From: Obrimoposthia wandeli
Lineage: Eukaryota
Direction of reading: 5' to 3'
Length of the DNA: 57,627 bases
Assembly (NCBI GenBank): GCA_977020255.1
Contig: CDROCS010006758.1
Coordinates: forward strand, 1 to 57,627
Positions 37,451 to 48,230 of this stretch are shown here, in pieces (within the stretch, counting starts at the first letter, position 1; every line of letters starts with the position of its first letter). The notes beneath the pieces were generated by a model that was given only the letters and a program-made list of their open reading frames with translations, was not told the origin of the DNA and ran no database searches. A program made the position numbers and the translations under genes.

Positions 37451-38492
37451 TTTGTTTTCTTAAATGTATTGTTAAACTTGTCTTGGCTCCGTACGTGAAA
37501 TCTATTAGTTTTCCGGAATCATCTCTAATATTTACTTCAATAATGTTTATAGAAAAGAGAGAAACTGGAAGATACATTGGTTGATCTATACACATACCGA
37601 CAGCGTCCCCATCTCTAGTTTCATTTTTAGATATCCATATTGTTTTCAAAAGTGGAATTCTCTGTCCTCCTACAAGCGTTGGTTCTATTAAATTAGTATA
37701 AATATATAAATGATTAACAGCATTTAAAAGTTTTGCCTTATTTTTAGCTTTTATGGTTTTTATTGTATGGGTTTCAAAGGTATTTCTGTTTAAACCAAGG
37801 TTTTTAGCGAGTTTATCATCAAATAAAACTCGTATTATATTGCTCTTTACTGTAAACGTTATTTTACCATTTTTTAATGTTACACATTTATCGAAATATT
37901 CACTACATTCCTTCTGTATTAATTTACAGAAATTCACTTCACTATCTAATTTATAATCTTTTGAAAATAATTTCAGTTCCACTACATACTTTGGTCTCGT
38001 TTCAACTAAAAACACTTTTGTTACTCTATCAGGAACATTTTTAAACGATTTAGATGAGGCTATATCAGATCTCTTCATACCTACTACATGTTTACTGTCA
38101 AAACCGAATTGAAGAGCTTCTCTATCAGATCCAAATATAATTTGAATAGGTTTTAAAAAATGTTTTAGTCTATTTTTAAATCTGACTTTGTTTTTTTCAT
38201 ATATTACTTTCACTTCTTTATCTATACAATTGTAAAAGAATTTTCCTTTACTATCAAACCCAATCACAACTTCGAATGATTTTTCATGATCAACTTCTTT
38301 TGTAAACGAAATATGTGAGTTTTTTCTGATAGTAATTGGAGAATAATAAAAGGAAAATTCTGTTAAAGCAGCTTCCCATTCTCCTTGGAGATTTATAGGA
38401 TTTTCCCAATCGATAATAAAGCTACTAGCGTAATTATCTGGTTGAGTCTTCGGACATCCGTTACTAGGTAAAACCAAATACATAGACTTCAT
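37428..38492 (-). CDS. Minor capsid protein (penton-like, 354 aa)
   Basis: N-terminal YLVLPSN...DN..SSF...PI.L.GEWEAAL and C-terminal LYIYTNLIEP..VG..R.PLL...IEVNIRDDSG..IDF motifs. Confidence 0.88.
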   Translation of the reverse strand: MKSMYLVLPSNGCPKTQPDNYASSFIIDWENPINLQGEWEAALTEFSFYYSPITIRKNSHISFTKEVDHEKSFEVVIGFDSKGKFFYNCIDKEVKVIYEKNKVRFKNRLKHFLKPIQIIFGSDREALQFGFDSKHVVGMKRSDIASSKSFKNVPDRVTKVFLVETRPKYVVELKLFSKDYKLDSEVNFCKLIQKECSEYFDKCVTLKNGKITFTVKSNIIRVLFDDKLAKNLGLNRNTFETHTIKTIKAKNKAKLLNAVNHLYIYTNLIEPTLVGGQRIPLLKTIWISKNETRDGDAVGMCIDQPMYLPVSLFSINIIEVNIRDDSGKLIDFTYGAKTSLTIHLRKQNGESSNN

Positions 38493-39517
38493 ATTATATT
38501 AGATGCTGATATCCAAGTTGGATCTGAATAACCATGCCATTTAACATAGTATTGTTTATGTTTACCGGCACCCTTAGATTTTAATATTTTTTGAATACGG
38601 AAAACGCTAGGTTTATTTGATATTACTTGTAGTTCTTGCTCGTAAAATTTACCGTGAACGATATTATTGTCAGCATCTTTAATAGTACATATTATTGGAT
38701 TACTCTTTTGATCAATTTTACTTATACAAAATATTTAATCGCTCCAATTCTGATCAAAGTTTTTAATAAATGGAGTAGAGCTAATTTTCGAAATTCGGAC
38801 ATATTCGTTTTTCTTATATTTAGCTTTTATAATATTTTCTTTTTTATTCCTGTTCATCCAAATATTCATATAATTTTTATTAGTAACATCAACAGGTCTC
38901 ATTCCCATGAGACCTCTATGTTCCGAGTGATTATAGGCATGTATTATTTTAGGTAAAACTTGGATCCATTTTTTATTTCCTTCTTTTGTGAAATACTTTT
39001 TTATTCGATCTCTTAAAGTACGATTAAATCTTTCTACTACTGCTGCTTTATACTGTGAAAACACAGAGTAGTGATTTATATTATTTTGTTTAAATAAAGA
39101 TTGAACTTGCTTATTATAAAATTCTTTTCCTAAATCAGTTTGCACATTTTGTGGAATGTCCTCTTTTAATATTTCTTTAATGGCTTCAAGCATAGCTATT
39201 GAAGACTTTGCTTTAACTGGAATTGCACGAGCAAACCTGCTAAATACATCAATAAATGTTAAAATATATCGATATCCCTTATTAATGGAAGAATATGGGA
39301 TCATCTCCATCAAATCCATTTGCCATAAATTACTAGGACCGCTGATTTTGTAAGCTCTAGTTGGAAACCTTCTTCTCATCGGCCTGTTCAGACTGTAGGC
39401 TAACTGGTTGCTCTGCCATTTCTGCGTTTTCTTGTATTTTTGTTTTGTTCTTTTTGCTAATTTTGAAACTCCGGTGTAGCCAATTGGATCTTTTGGGTTG
39501 AACCATATCTTCTCCAT
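38489..39517 (-). pseudogene. Polinton DDE integrase with chromodomain-like C-terminus; frameshifted near 38740-38700
   Basis: WQMD, QTDLGKEF, AAVVERFNRTL; out-of-frame tail QYYVKWHGY...WI. Confidence 0.9.
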
Positions 39518-39603
39518 TACAACAATTTGAATAGAAAGATAATTTAAATTTAGGTAAATAAGGGTTAGCACCCATATCTTTAACTGATTTTATAAATAAT
39601 TGT

Positions 39604-39934
39604 TTATGAACGTGTCGCAGCTATAATACTACTGATAATTGAAGCAACAACTGGAATAACAGCCCCTATGAAACCACCATTCTGTTTAAGAATAATATTT
39701 CGTTTCCTTTTTTTACTTTTTACATTAGCAATATCTAGAAGAGTTTTTCTATATTTCTTTAATATATTTTTTCCGATTTCCAACTTTTACTCGACCCAAA
39801 ACTATATTATAAAAAACTTCCAATAAATCATCTACAACAAAAGATGGAAATGCTTTAAGAATAATCATTCTCTTATGAGAAGAGGCTTTGACTAAAGCTT
39901 TAAAATAGGGTATGCTTCTTTGTATTTTCTTCAT
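39604..39934 (-). pseudogene. Basic QNGGF core-like protein; one homopolymer frameshift
   Basis: MKKIQRSIPYFKAL... joins ...KSKKRKRNIILKQNGGFIGAVIPVVASIISSIIAATRS*. Confidence 0.7.
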
Positions 39935-39971
39935 TTTAATAGAAAAGGTTTAATTTAAATATTGTTTATAT

Positions 39972-40105
39972 TCAAAGCCATTTAAGTTTTTTTTTATTTC
40001 TAACTACAGATTTGATTAATTTTTTCACTTCTTTTTTCTTAATGATTCTTTTTTTGATTTCTTAGGCTTTGCTTTACGTTTTACTATCAACTTCTTAAAA
40101 TGCAT
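39972..40105 (-). pseudogene. Very small Lys-rich ORF
   Basis: MHFKKLIVKRKAKPKKSKK...KLKWL*, requiring one homopolymer frameshift. Confidence 0.4.
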
Positions 40106-40112
40106 TATAAAT

Positions 40113-40760
40113 TTATCTTTTATGATTGTTCTCTATTTGTTTATAAACAGTTACTCCCTTAGAATTAAATATGTCGGTTAAAACACGTAAATCATCTGGG
40201 CAAGCTTGTGTAAAGTCAATAAATATATACCCATGTGCTTGTTTAGCAGCATCGTGGAATGAATCAACTAAAAAGTTATTATTTTGGGGAAATGCCTGTC
40301 TGGCCACGAAATTAACAACTGTTTGATCTCTAGGATTTTTAAATAAAACTAAGTAATGCACATTAAGATTTCTAATTCTATGGTGACCTCCTTGGTGAAA
40401 AAGATTTTGAGTGATAAATATAACTGTTACTTCACGATGTCTTGCAATCTTCGTAAATAAATTATTAAAGTCTAATTCCTTGTTAGCTTCCTGATACAAA
40501 TCATCAATTATTATTACATCTTCTTTTTTCAATCTTTCACACCAATTTGCATCAAATCCTTCAATAAATTGTATTCCCTTCAACTTGCAAACTTCTGTTT
40601 TGGTTAATCCGCTTTCCCCTCCTCCACCATGATACCAATAAATATTTTTGAAACTAGATTTGAAAAGAGATTCATTTTGCAACAATTTACATACGAAATG
40701 TGTCTTTCCACTTCCACTGGGACCAACTATTTGAAATACAGCATTATTATTTAGCTCCAT
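40113..40760 (-). CDS. A32/FtsK-like DNA packaging ATPase (215 aa)
   Basis: Walker A GPSGSGKT, Walker B IIIDD, RHR...TQNLF, YLVLFKNPRD. Confidence 0.95.
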   Translation of the reverse strand: MELNNNAVFQIVGPSGSGKTHFVCKLLQNESLFKSSFKNIYWYHGGGGESGLTKTEVCKLKGIQFIEGFDANWCERLKKEDVIIIDDLYQEANKELDFNNLFTKIARHREVTVIFITQNLFHQGGHHRIRNLNVHYLVLFKNPRDQTVVNFVARQAFPQNNNFLVDSFHDAAKQAHGYIFIDFTQACPDDLRVLTDIFNSKGVTVYKQIENNHKR

Positions 40761-40798
40761 TGCATATACTCTTTCATTTTATAATATTGTTTATATTA

Positions 40799-41080
40799 TC
40801 ATAGAAGTTTCCTTATTGAAATGTACAATGTTAGAGCTATTGTAGATGAAATACAAAAATTAATTAATGAATATTTGGCTATAATTTTATTTATTTGTGT
40901 ACGATTTCTAAATTCTCGAATAACGTGTGATCTAACCAATATTTCAATGTTATCTCTTGTTATCTCTTGTTATATCATTATTTTTAATTCTGATAAAATT
41001 TCTTTACCCCTAATTTTTCCAGAAAATATTTCGTCGGCAAGCCGATCCACTTCATTGTCTCTATTTATAGTATTATTCAT
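40799..41080 (-). pseudogene. ~93 aa ORF with C-terminal hydrophobic helix and one internal TAA
   Basis: MNNTINRDNEVDRLADEIF...IMI*QEITRD...YSLINFCISSTIALTLYISIRKLL*. Confidence 0.4.
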
Positions 41081-41108
41081 TTGAAACAATAAGTTTAAAC
41101 GGGTTTGT

Positions 41109-41608
41109 TTATAGAAAAGATAACAAGATGTAATAAGATATATTTTCTAAAATCAAATCAACAATGTCTATATAATCAAAAATTTTCAATCCCAATATCA
41201 TAACTTTACCACTGGAAAATATATTTACACATAGCGTTTTAAACTTCAAATAACTGAGAGCAGGAAAAATTTCTGGTTCAAACATGCATTCTTCTTTCAT
41301 TTTCTCTGCAGTTTTAAAAAGATTTATCTGTTCCCGAGATTAGCCGAAATCGTGATTGATTGTATTGCAGTGATTTGAATTCCAAATGGTAAATTGAACC
41401 CAAGCATTGGTATTTTGCATCCCATAACACGACAATTTCCTAAAATAATTCAATATGAAAATAAAATAAAAAACTAACCTGTAGGAAAAATAACATCTGT
41501 AAAATTGTCAAACTTTTCCACATATTGTCTCGGCTTCTATTCATTGAATGGTAAGTACGAAACATCATCTTCTGTTCTACCTTTATAATTTATATTTACG
41601 AGTTTCAT
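41109..41608 (-). pseudogene. TATA-binding-protein-like gene, spliced (intron 41478-41440)
   Basis: MKLVNINYKG...DVIFPTG|NCRVMGCK...IQSITISANLG..(fs)NLFK...FEPEIFPALSY...VNIFSSGKVMILGLK; one TAG and one frameshift. Confidence 0.78.
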
Positions 41609-41857
41609 TAGACTAAAATTGTATTCTATAAAATCTTCTTTATATATGTCTGAACCTGCTTTTTTATTGAACGTTTCTTGTAATTATCTTGCAAACCTAT
41701 TATAATTGGATGATATATTTCTTCCAATCATATTTGATTTTTAATATGGATTTAGTCCAATAAAATTCAATGCTTTAGTTATATTAACCAATGAGATTCA
41801 TGTCTTTGTTACAAATTAGTATAAAAGAATGCGTCATTGGAGGACAAATCATTGTAA

Positions 41858-42340
41858 ATGCATTCATATCAAAGACAATTATCAACGATGGACGATAGCC
41901 AACGGGTATTAAGCGGTGACGAAGATTCGGAAATATTTGAAGAATCGGATAAGGATATGTTTGAAGAAGTGAAACAATATTTCAAATACAAAGTCAGATT
42001 CTTGAAGAAGGCTCAACTGATTGCTTTAGTAAATCCTGTGACAATTGAAAGAAGAAAGTTCAGCTACTATCTATCAAATATTCAAAAACCAGATTTTCAA
42101 TATCTTAAGCAGAAAGTTGCAAAGGCAGTTCCGAATTTTACTTTCAATAAGAACGAATTTTATATCCGAGGACCCGATGAAGCATTTCTAGATGACTATG
42201 GAAGATATGTTGATTTTGATGCATTTCCGAAAAAGAAGCAATGGACTGTAACAATTCGACTTTATGGTTACAAGAAAGATGAAATGGGGACAAAGTTGCC
42301 TATGTGGAAAATTGAACGTGCTCATATTTCTATGTTTTAA
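41858..42340 (+). CDS. Polinton accessory ORF A (160 aa, acidic N-terminus)
   Basis: Intact ORF behind a TATA-like GTATAAAAG at ~41820; paralogous to ORF B. Confidence 0.75.
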   Translation: MHSYQRQLSTMDDSQRVLSGDEDSEIFEESDKDMFEEVKQYFKYKVRFLKKAQLIALVNPVTIERRKFSYYLSNIQKPDFQYLKQKVAKAVPNFTFNKNEFYIRGPDEAFLDDYGRYVDFDAFPKKKQWTVTIRLYGYKKDEMGTKLPMWKIERAHISMF

Positions 42341-42475
42341 CTTTTGCGTGTAATAAATTGTAATCGGTTTTACTATGTTTCTTTCATTTAATAATCAGAT
42401 TTATTTTTTTAAATATTTGTATCTTATATGTATTTTTTTATAAACATTGTTTTTAATCAGTTTCCTTATTTTAGA

Positions 42476-42880
42476 ATGGATAAGAGATGTGTAGCAAATT
42501 TTTATTATCCAGAAAGAATTTCAAAAGGAAAACTATGTAATATATTAAAGAGGCATCAAATTATACGAGTTATGAATCCTGTGAAAATATCAAAAGTGGA
42601 GAATAAATATCTCATCGAAATTTTAACAACATCTGATATTGATCAATTGAAAAATATTTTGGGATTTTATATTCCTGATTATGTATATGAAGGAAATTGT
42701 TTCCAGCTTGAAACTGATCCCAGTCTGGATTTTAAAGATGATCTAGGATATTTGATTGCTCCAATTCTAGATGAAGAACTATGGAATATCTCAATACGTC
42801 TCAATAGATATTTTGCTGATGACGGGGAAATGCAGCCTCTTTGGACTTTGAGTGAAGCCAATATGTTGTTTTATGTTTAA
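42476..42880 (+). CDS. Polinton accessory ORF B (134 aa)
   Basis: Intact ORF with AATAAA at the stop; paralogous to ORF A. Confidence 0.75.
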   Translation: MDKRCVANFYYPERISKGKLCNILKRHQIIRVMNPVKISKVENKYLIEILTTSDIDQLKNILGFYIPDYVYEGNCFQLETDPSLDFKDDLGYLIAPILDEELWNISIRLNRYFADDGEMQPLWTLSEANMLFYV

Positions 42881-43099
42881 TAAATATTTTGAAAAATAAT
42901 TTTGTCTCATATTTTGTTTTTTCTCCTCTATATTATATAGATCTGACCGATTTTTTATCCTATACATAAATATTTAACATGTAGTAATTTATTAATCTAA
43001 AATCTTTCTTAAAAATAGTAGTAATATATTATTTGAAATCTCCGGGACCAATATGGATTCCCGTGGTCTTCTCTAATTACTTTTGAGATTTGCAGTAAA

Positions 43100-43324
43100 A
43101 TTTTTTAAAATTGTGGTGGGGGGGTACCCCCTTCCTTCTCCCTTTGGGTGGAGACATACATGAAATTTGACTCCACACACATACACGCTTTTAAAGGACA
43201 GGGGGGCCCTTCACCCTTTGGGTGGAGACACACGTGCACAAAATTTCACTCCACACACATGCACGGTTTTAAAGGACAGATGGGATGGAGGGGGTGTGGA
43301 TTACACCGGACAGATCCACCTACT
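43100..43324. repeat. Putative Polinton terminal region, copy 2
   Basis: As 5630-5872; ends CCACCTACT. Confidence 0.6.
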
Positions 43325-44570
43325 CAATAGGGCTTGCAGTTGTTCGTGGCCTATTTAGATTTTTCCTTACCTGTCTCAATTTATAATCTGAAGATTTTGT
43401 TTACAATCTGTGTTGTGGAGATGTGTAAAGAGTTGTGTACACGGGGTACTGGAAAATTTTCCTTATTGTGGTGTAGTGTATGGCGGTTTGGTACTTGCCT
43501 GGTTGTAGGGATTTGTTCAATTTAACACTGCTAAATTGTAGGAAAACTTTATTATCTTAACTCACTCTAACTAAGTTCCTAAAAATTACAACAATTAGTC
43601 CTAACTGCTTCACTAAACTTCAAACAAATGAGGATGTCTTAACGTATCGATTTTAATCAGTCTAACAAATTTACGAGTTCTATACTCTTTATTTCAAAAT
43701 ACAATTTCTTTTAGTCAAAACACAATTTATCCTTTAGTCCAAACGCAATTTACTTTCTTTAATCAAAAGACAATTTACTTTCTTTAATCAAAACACAATT
43801 TACTGTCTTGAATCAAAATACAAGTTACTTTCTTTAGTCAAAACACAATTTACTTCTTGAATCGAAACAAAATTTACTTTCATTAATCAAAATACAATTT
43901 ACTTCTTTAGTCACTCACTTTCTGCTGGGCTTGACTGTGTCCTCTCGTCCGTTTATGCTCCCTCAATGACTCTCTTCTGTACTTGGTTCAGGTATGGATT
44001 CAATGGCCTATTGTCTGCTGGTACTTCTTCCACGTCTCTTCTCAACTGGGCTTCTCAGCAACTGGCACAATCGCTTCACCTGCAAACTCGGTAATCTGAT
44101 ACTTTTCTTCAATTCCAATTTAATTGTGTTTTTGCACTCTGAGCTATCTTCTCATATAGTCTGTAGATCTGGCGCAAATGTGGTCTGGCGCTAATGGAAT
44201 TGTCTTCTTTTCTTGCGAGTTCGTTTCTAGCGCTAATGGACTAAAGGTCTGACGCTAATGAACTTGTCGTCTGGTGATTTTTTTTCTTGCGAGTTCGTTT
44301 CTTAATCACTCTTCTTAGCTTCTTCTTAATTACACTCAGTTCGACTTAATCACTCTCAGTTCTTTTTTGAGACGCAAACTTTCCCTTACATATCTCACAC
44401 CACACATGACCTTTCAAAGTCCTAAAATACTTTTTGAGATTTTATTACATTTAATTTTAATTCTAATTTAATTATATATTCTTTTTAACCTTGCTTTCAA
44501 GGTTTTATATTCCTATATAATAATATTTATTTTCAAAAAATATTAAATTCCTATTCCTAACACTATAGTA
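43325..44570 (-). mobile_element. LTR remnant C, copy 2
   Basis: Colinear with 5873-7140. Confidence 0.6.
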
Positions 44571-45570
44571 CTTTTTCGGAGAACAAAGATCATGAGTCAT
44601 TGATGTGTCATGGTATTTGTCTCGGGGAGGGGTAATGCTTTTAATCCTAAAAACAAACATCTTCTTACTTTTTGCATTTCTCGTTTTTTTGTTGCTTTTA
44701 TTCCATAATCAAATGGGTTCTTAATTAATTTAAAAACTAAAATATACCGATTTCTCTATATAAAAGTGCTTCATTTTAAAATTAATATATATATTTTTTT
44801 ACGGTTCCGAAAAGTATTTTCCACCTAGTTTTAAACTTCTAAATTGTTATTAAAATATATAAGTATTAAGTATTTTAGAATCAAAACTCGTTATAGTGAT
44901 GACTCACTGATGAGTGATATGATAATTTAAACTTCTGTTTTATTAAAACTTTATTGTGTATCATATACAAAAAATATATACATTTTATAAAGTTCTTCTA
45001 TTTTACAGACTAAATTTTGTTATTTTTATTCATAAAAACTTTTTAATTCGTTTTTTAATTTAATTATTTATTTTATATTTATTTTATAATGGTAGCTGAG
45101 GTAATTATAATAATTTAAACTATTAAAACTATGATCATTTGAGTAAATGACGGTTATGCATCAATTGTATACTACGGTTTGCGTGAATGTGGATAGGTAT
45201 AAAACGCCTAGCAGCTAAAATGAGTTTGAGAAGCCTTGATATAAACAAACACATTGAAGATTAATCAATTTATTTTATGTTATTAATTTATTTTGATTTA
45301 AGTCAAAAATTGGAATCAAACAAGACGAACATTTAGAGAATTATAGTATGACTGTTAAATTTAAAAAAATTCAGTTTAATTTATTAATTAAAAGTTAACC
45401 GGTATTCTACTGCTACAAAAGAAATTAAAATATAGTTTATTAGGCCACAAAAATCCAAAGAGGATAGCGGTCTTGGTGAGTAAAAAGCGAATCAACTCAC
45501 GACATATATATCATAAACATGACCAATACCAATGACTGTGTCAGAGTTTTATTGTCCAATCTTCCAATAG

Positions 45571-46362
45571 TCAGGCCTCAAAAATGTAATCTTGTGTTTC
45601 ATACTCGCCAATGAGATCCATATAAGCCACAACTTTAGCTCCCTCTGACCAAAATCCACCGTTGGGTACATACGTTATCACAGGATTCACTTTGGTGGAG
45701 AGATCATATTCGCAGTGTTCATAACTCGATATGGTGGCCAGGAAGCCAATATCATCTTTACACTTCAAACCGGAGACCTTCATCAGGAATCTGCGATGGA
45801 CATTTTCAATTCCGGCTAAACTAAACTCATCGTAGGTAGTCATTTTAATTACTCTAGCACTCCAGGGAAAGCTGAACACGACATTGGTTTTGTTGAACCA
45901 GGATACTGTGGAGGCAACCGGTGGCACAGAGAACTTCAAGAAGGCCAAGACTTTACCGGGTACATCGTACAGGTTCACCCGGATCCCGGATGGCTTCAGC
46001 TGGTCCCAGTCGTTCAGCAGTGAATGGCGGTAGTTGCCATAATTAGTCAGCATGGGTGAGCTTGACATCCAGAACTTGTACGGATCAGCACCTCCGCCAG
46101 TCTTAATAGTGAGCAGCTTGATCTTAGAACCCATTGAGCGGTACAGTTGAACTGCGCTGTCAGTACGGTCTCGGTGGAACTTGTCACTACTAATCAGACA
46201 TTTGCCTGACCTGAGCATGAACCTTTTAGAGCGTTTTGAGTAGGCGTAACCCGCACAAGTAACAAGCTTCGAGCAGTGACAACGAAAATCTGTAAGCAGC
46301 AAAAAAAGGACAAGCAAAATGAGACACAATTGCATTTTCACTTGCTGAGCTAAACTGACCAT
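45571..46362 (-). CDS. 263 aa putative secreted protein, copy 2
   Basis: Intact; differs from copy 1 at 4 residues. Confidence 0.75.
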   Translation of the reverse strand: MVSLAQQVKMQLCLILLVLFLLLTDFRCHCSKLVTCAGYAYSKRSKRFMLRSGKCLISSDKFHRDRTDSAVQLYRSMGSKIKLLTIKTGGGADPYKFWMSSSPMLTNYGNYRHSLLNDWDQLKPSGIRVNLYDVPGKVLAFLKFSVPPVASTVSWFNKTNVVFSFPWSARVIKMTTYDEFSLAGIENVHRRFLMKVSGLKCKDDIGFLATISSYEHCEYDLSTKVNPVITYVPNGGFWSEGAKVVAYMDLIGEYETQDYIFEA

Positions 46363-47114
46363 GTTTGTGGTTGTTATTTTAGTATTGTTTATAATGTATA
46401 TTTGTTGTTACCAAACAATGCTCGTCATCTGTCATCAAAATGTTGTTTGTACTGTAAACATACAGTAGGATGTGGAATATCTATTAAACAGTTTAGGGCA
46501 TATTTTTAAAAATGAAAAAAAAAAGCATTTTAAAATGAAAAGGTTTTTAATAACCAATAAAATAAATAATCATCTAAGCCTGTAATTAAGTAAATAGCAT
46601 TCATATGCGGTGAACTGCGACAGGCTAACACCAGGAAAATTAGAGAGTCAAAATCGAGTCAGGAAGAAAGAAAAAAATAAAAGTGCAGAGTTAAAGAAGT
46701 TAAATTTGGCTTAGTTTGAAGGTAGGCGCTGGGGTAGCAGCCAGAGTGGTGGTGGACAGGATTGCACAGACACCAGCTATGGAATCGATGACTCCAATCA
46801 AAAATTTCAGGTAGCGTCGAAACATGTCATTATTTGGCTCCCACGGACTAAGCAGCTCACCAAGTTCATAGTGCCGTAGAAAAACGGAGGAGCTAATTAA
46901 TCTTGGGTGACCTCTAACTCTATTACTAGTAAAATCCCCTAAATAACCACAACAATGGTGGGTTTTAGCAGAGAATACATAATGGGAACTACCTACCTTA
47001 CAGATCAGAAAATTTTAGCAGATTTAGCAGCTATTCCGATGTTTTAATTTTGATAAGAAGCAGTGTCGACAGCCAACAATTTAGAAGTGGAAATTACGGA
47101 AAGTTGAAGACTCA

Positions 47115-48230
47115 AGAGTCAGAAGCTTGTAAGGAAGGTGAAGAAGCAAAAATATCAAATCAGCTACAACACAATATACATGGCCAAAAAAACGCTGTGA
47201 CAAGTCATGTTAGACTTCAATTTGGACATATGCAAGTAATAAAGAGTTACTACTGATGGAGCACCAGCGATGATGAAAAAGAAATTATGCACAAACAAAC
47301 AACTATATTTTTAAATTGCATTGTATTGTTCACCAGAAGAAATTGTGCTGCAAGGCCATAAATTTCAAGGCATCATATCAGTTGTCGTGAGGTACGCGAT
47401 TTTATTCTTTCTTGGGGGCTCAATCATCGCTAATTAAATAGTTATAATTGAATGTAAAAATGATCATGATATTGTTTACCTTTGCCATGGTTGAGCAAAG
47501 GAAATATGCTGAAACTTATTTTTAGTGTATGAGAGTAGATATGAGAGATTATTATTTGAAGGGAAAACCTGTTGATGTCTTGCGTAATACAGATTTTATT
47601 GAAACATGATCTTTTGGTCGACATTATGACACATTTTAACCAATTCAATGAACAGCTTTAACTCGAAATCAATTTAATAAGATGTCTGACAATGTCAATG
47701 CTTTAAAAATAAAACTTTGTTAATTTCCCAAGCCATTTTAGAGTAAAGACTTATCTCCCTTTCCGTCGCTGCAAATGTTAAGATGTTCATACCGATATTT
47801 TTGTTTTGACTATCCACAAACTTCTTGAACAGTTTAATACACGATTTGAAGACTTTGAAAAACATTCTAACTACATTAAACTTTTTATAGTTTCATTTTC
47901 CGTCCATGTGAATGACTTTGATTCACGTATTCAAAAGAAAATAATTGAAACACAAAGCGACTCTCAATTAAAAGTATATTTCTTCTTGGTTCTACTGTTA
48001 TTCTCTCATTTTAGGAAAAATACGTCCCAAATCAATTCAAAGCATTCAAACATTGTTTCATGTGTAAAAATAATGACATGTATTTTTAGAAGTAATATAG
48101 CCTAAGCCTTTTTACCAATATCAAATACACCAAAAGCAATAATCGCACTCCTTTGATTGAAGAAAATTTATAATTCACGTATAAATCATCAACTTTTAAT
48201 GTGTCCGGATTTGAAAACCTTATTGGTGAA
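47115..48230 (+). pseudogene. hAT transposase remnant, copy 2
   Basis: Colinear with 9690-10800. Confidence 0.75.

Larger units (their letters stand above)
34551..43324. mobile_element. Polinton/Maverick (adintovirus-type) arm
   Basis: pPolB C-terminus convergent with protease, MCP, core, penton, integrase and ATPase on the minus strand; ends at an AGTAGGT terminus. Confidence 0.95.

Noticed and set aside
38489-39517. Integrase belonging to the LTR retroelement
   Set aside because: It sits between penton and ATPase with Polinton-type N-terminal (GYTG...K) and chromodomain-like features.
40821-41084. 87 aa plus-strand ORF and similar short ORFs (39156-39353, 38636-38956, 14120-14431, 15133-15465)
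   Set aside because: Antisense shadows of minus-strand Polinton or gag coding regions.
23390-41608. Stop-codon reassignment, suggested by many in-frame stops in env, MCP, pPolB and the TBP-like gene
   Set aside because: TAA, TAG and TGA all occur together with frameshifts, and intact genes (H2B, ATPase, penton) end at ordinary stops; this is decay.
31182-43324. A complete 12 kb Polinton bounded by matching TIRs
   Set aside because: The ends share only AGTAGGT and general architecture; flanks (ATCATC vs CAATAG) give no 6 bp TSD; pPolB is incomplete inside.
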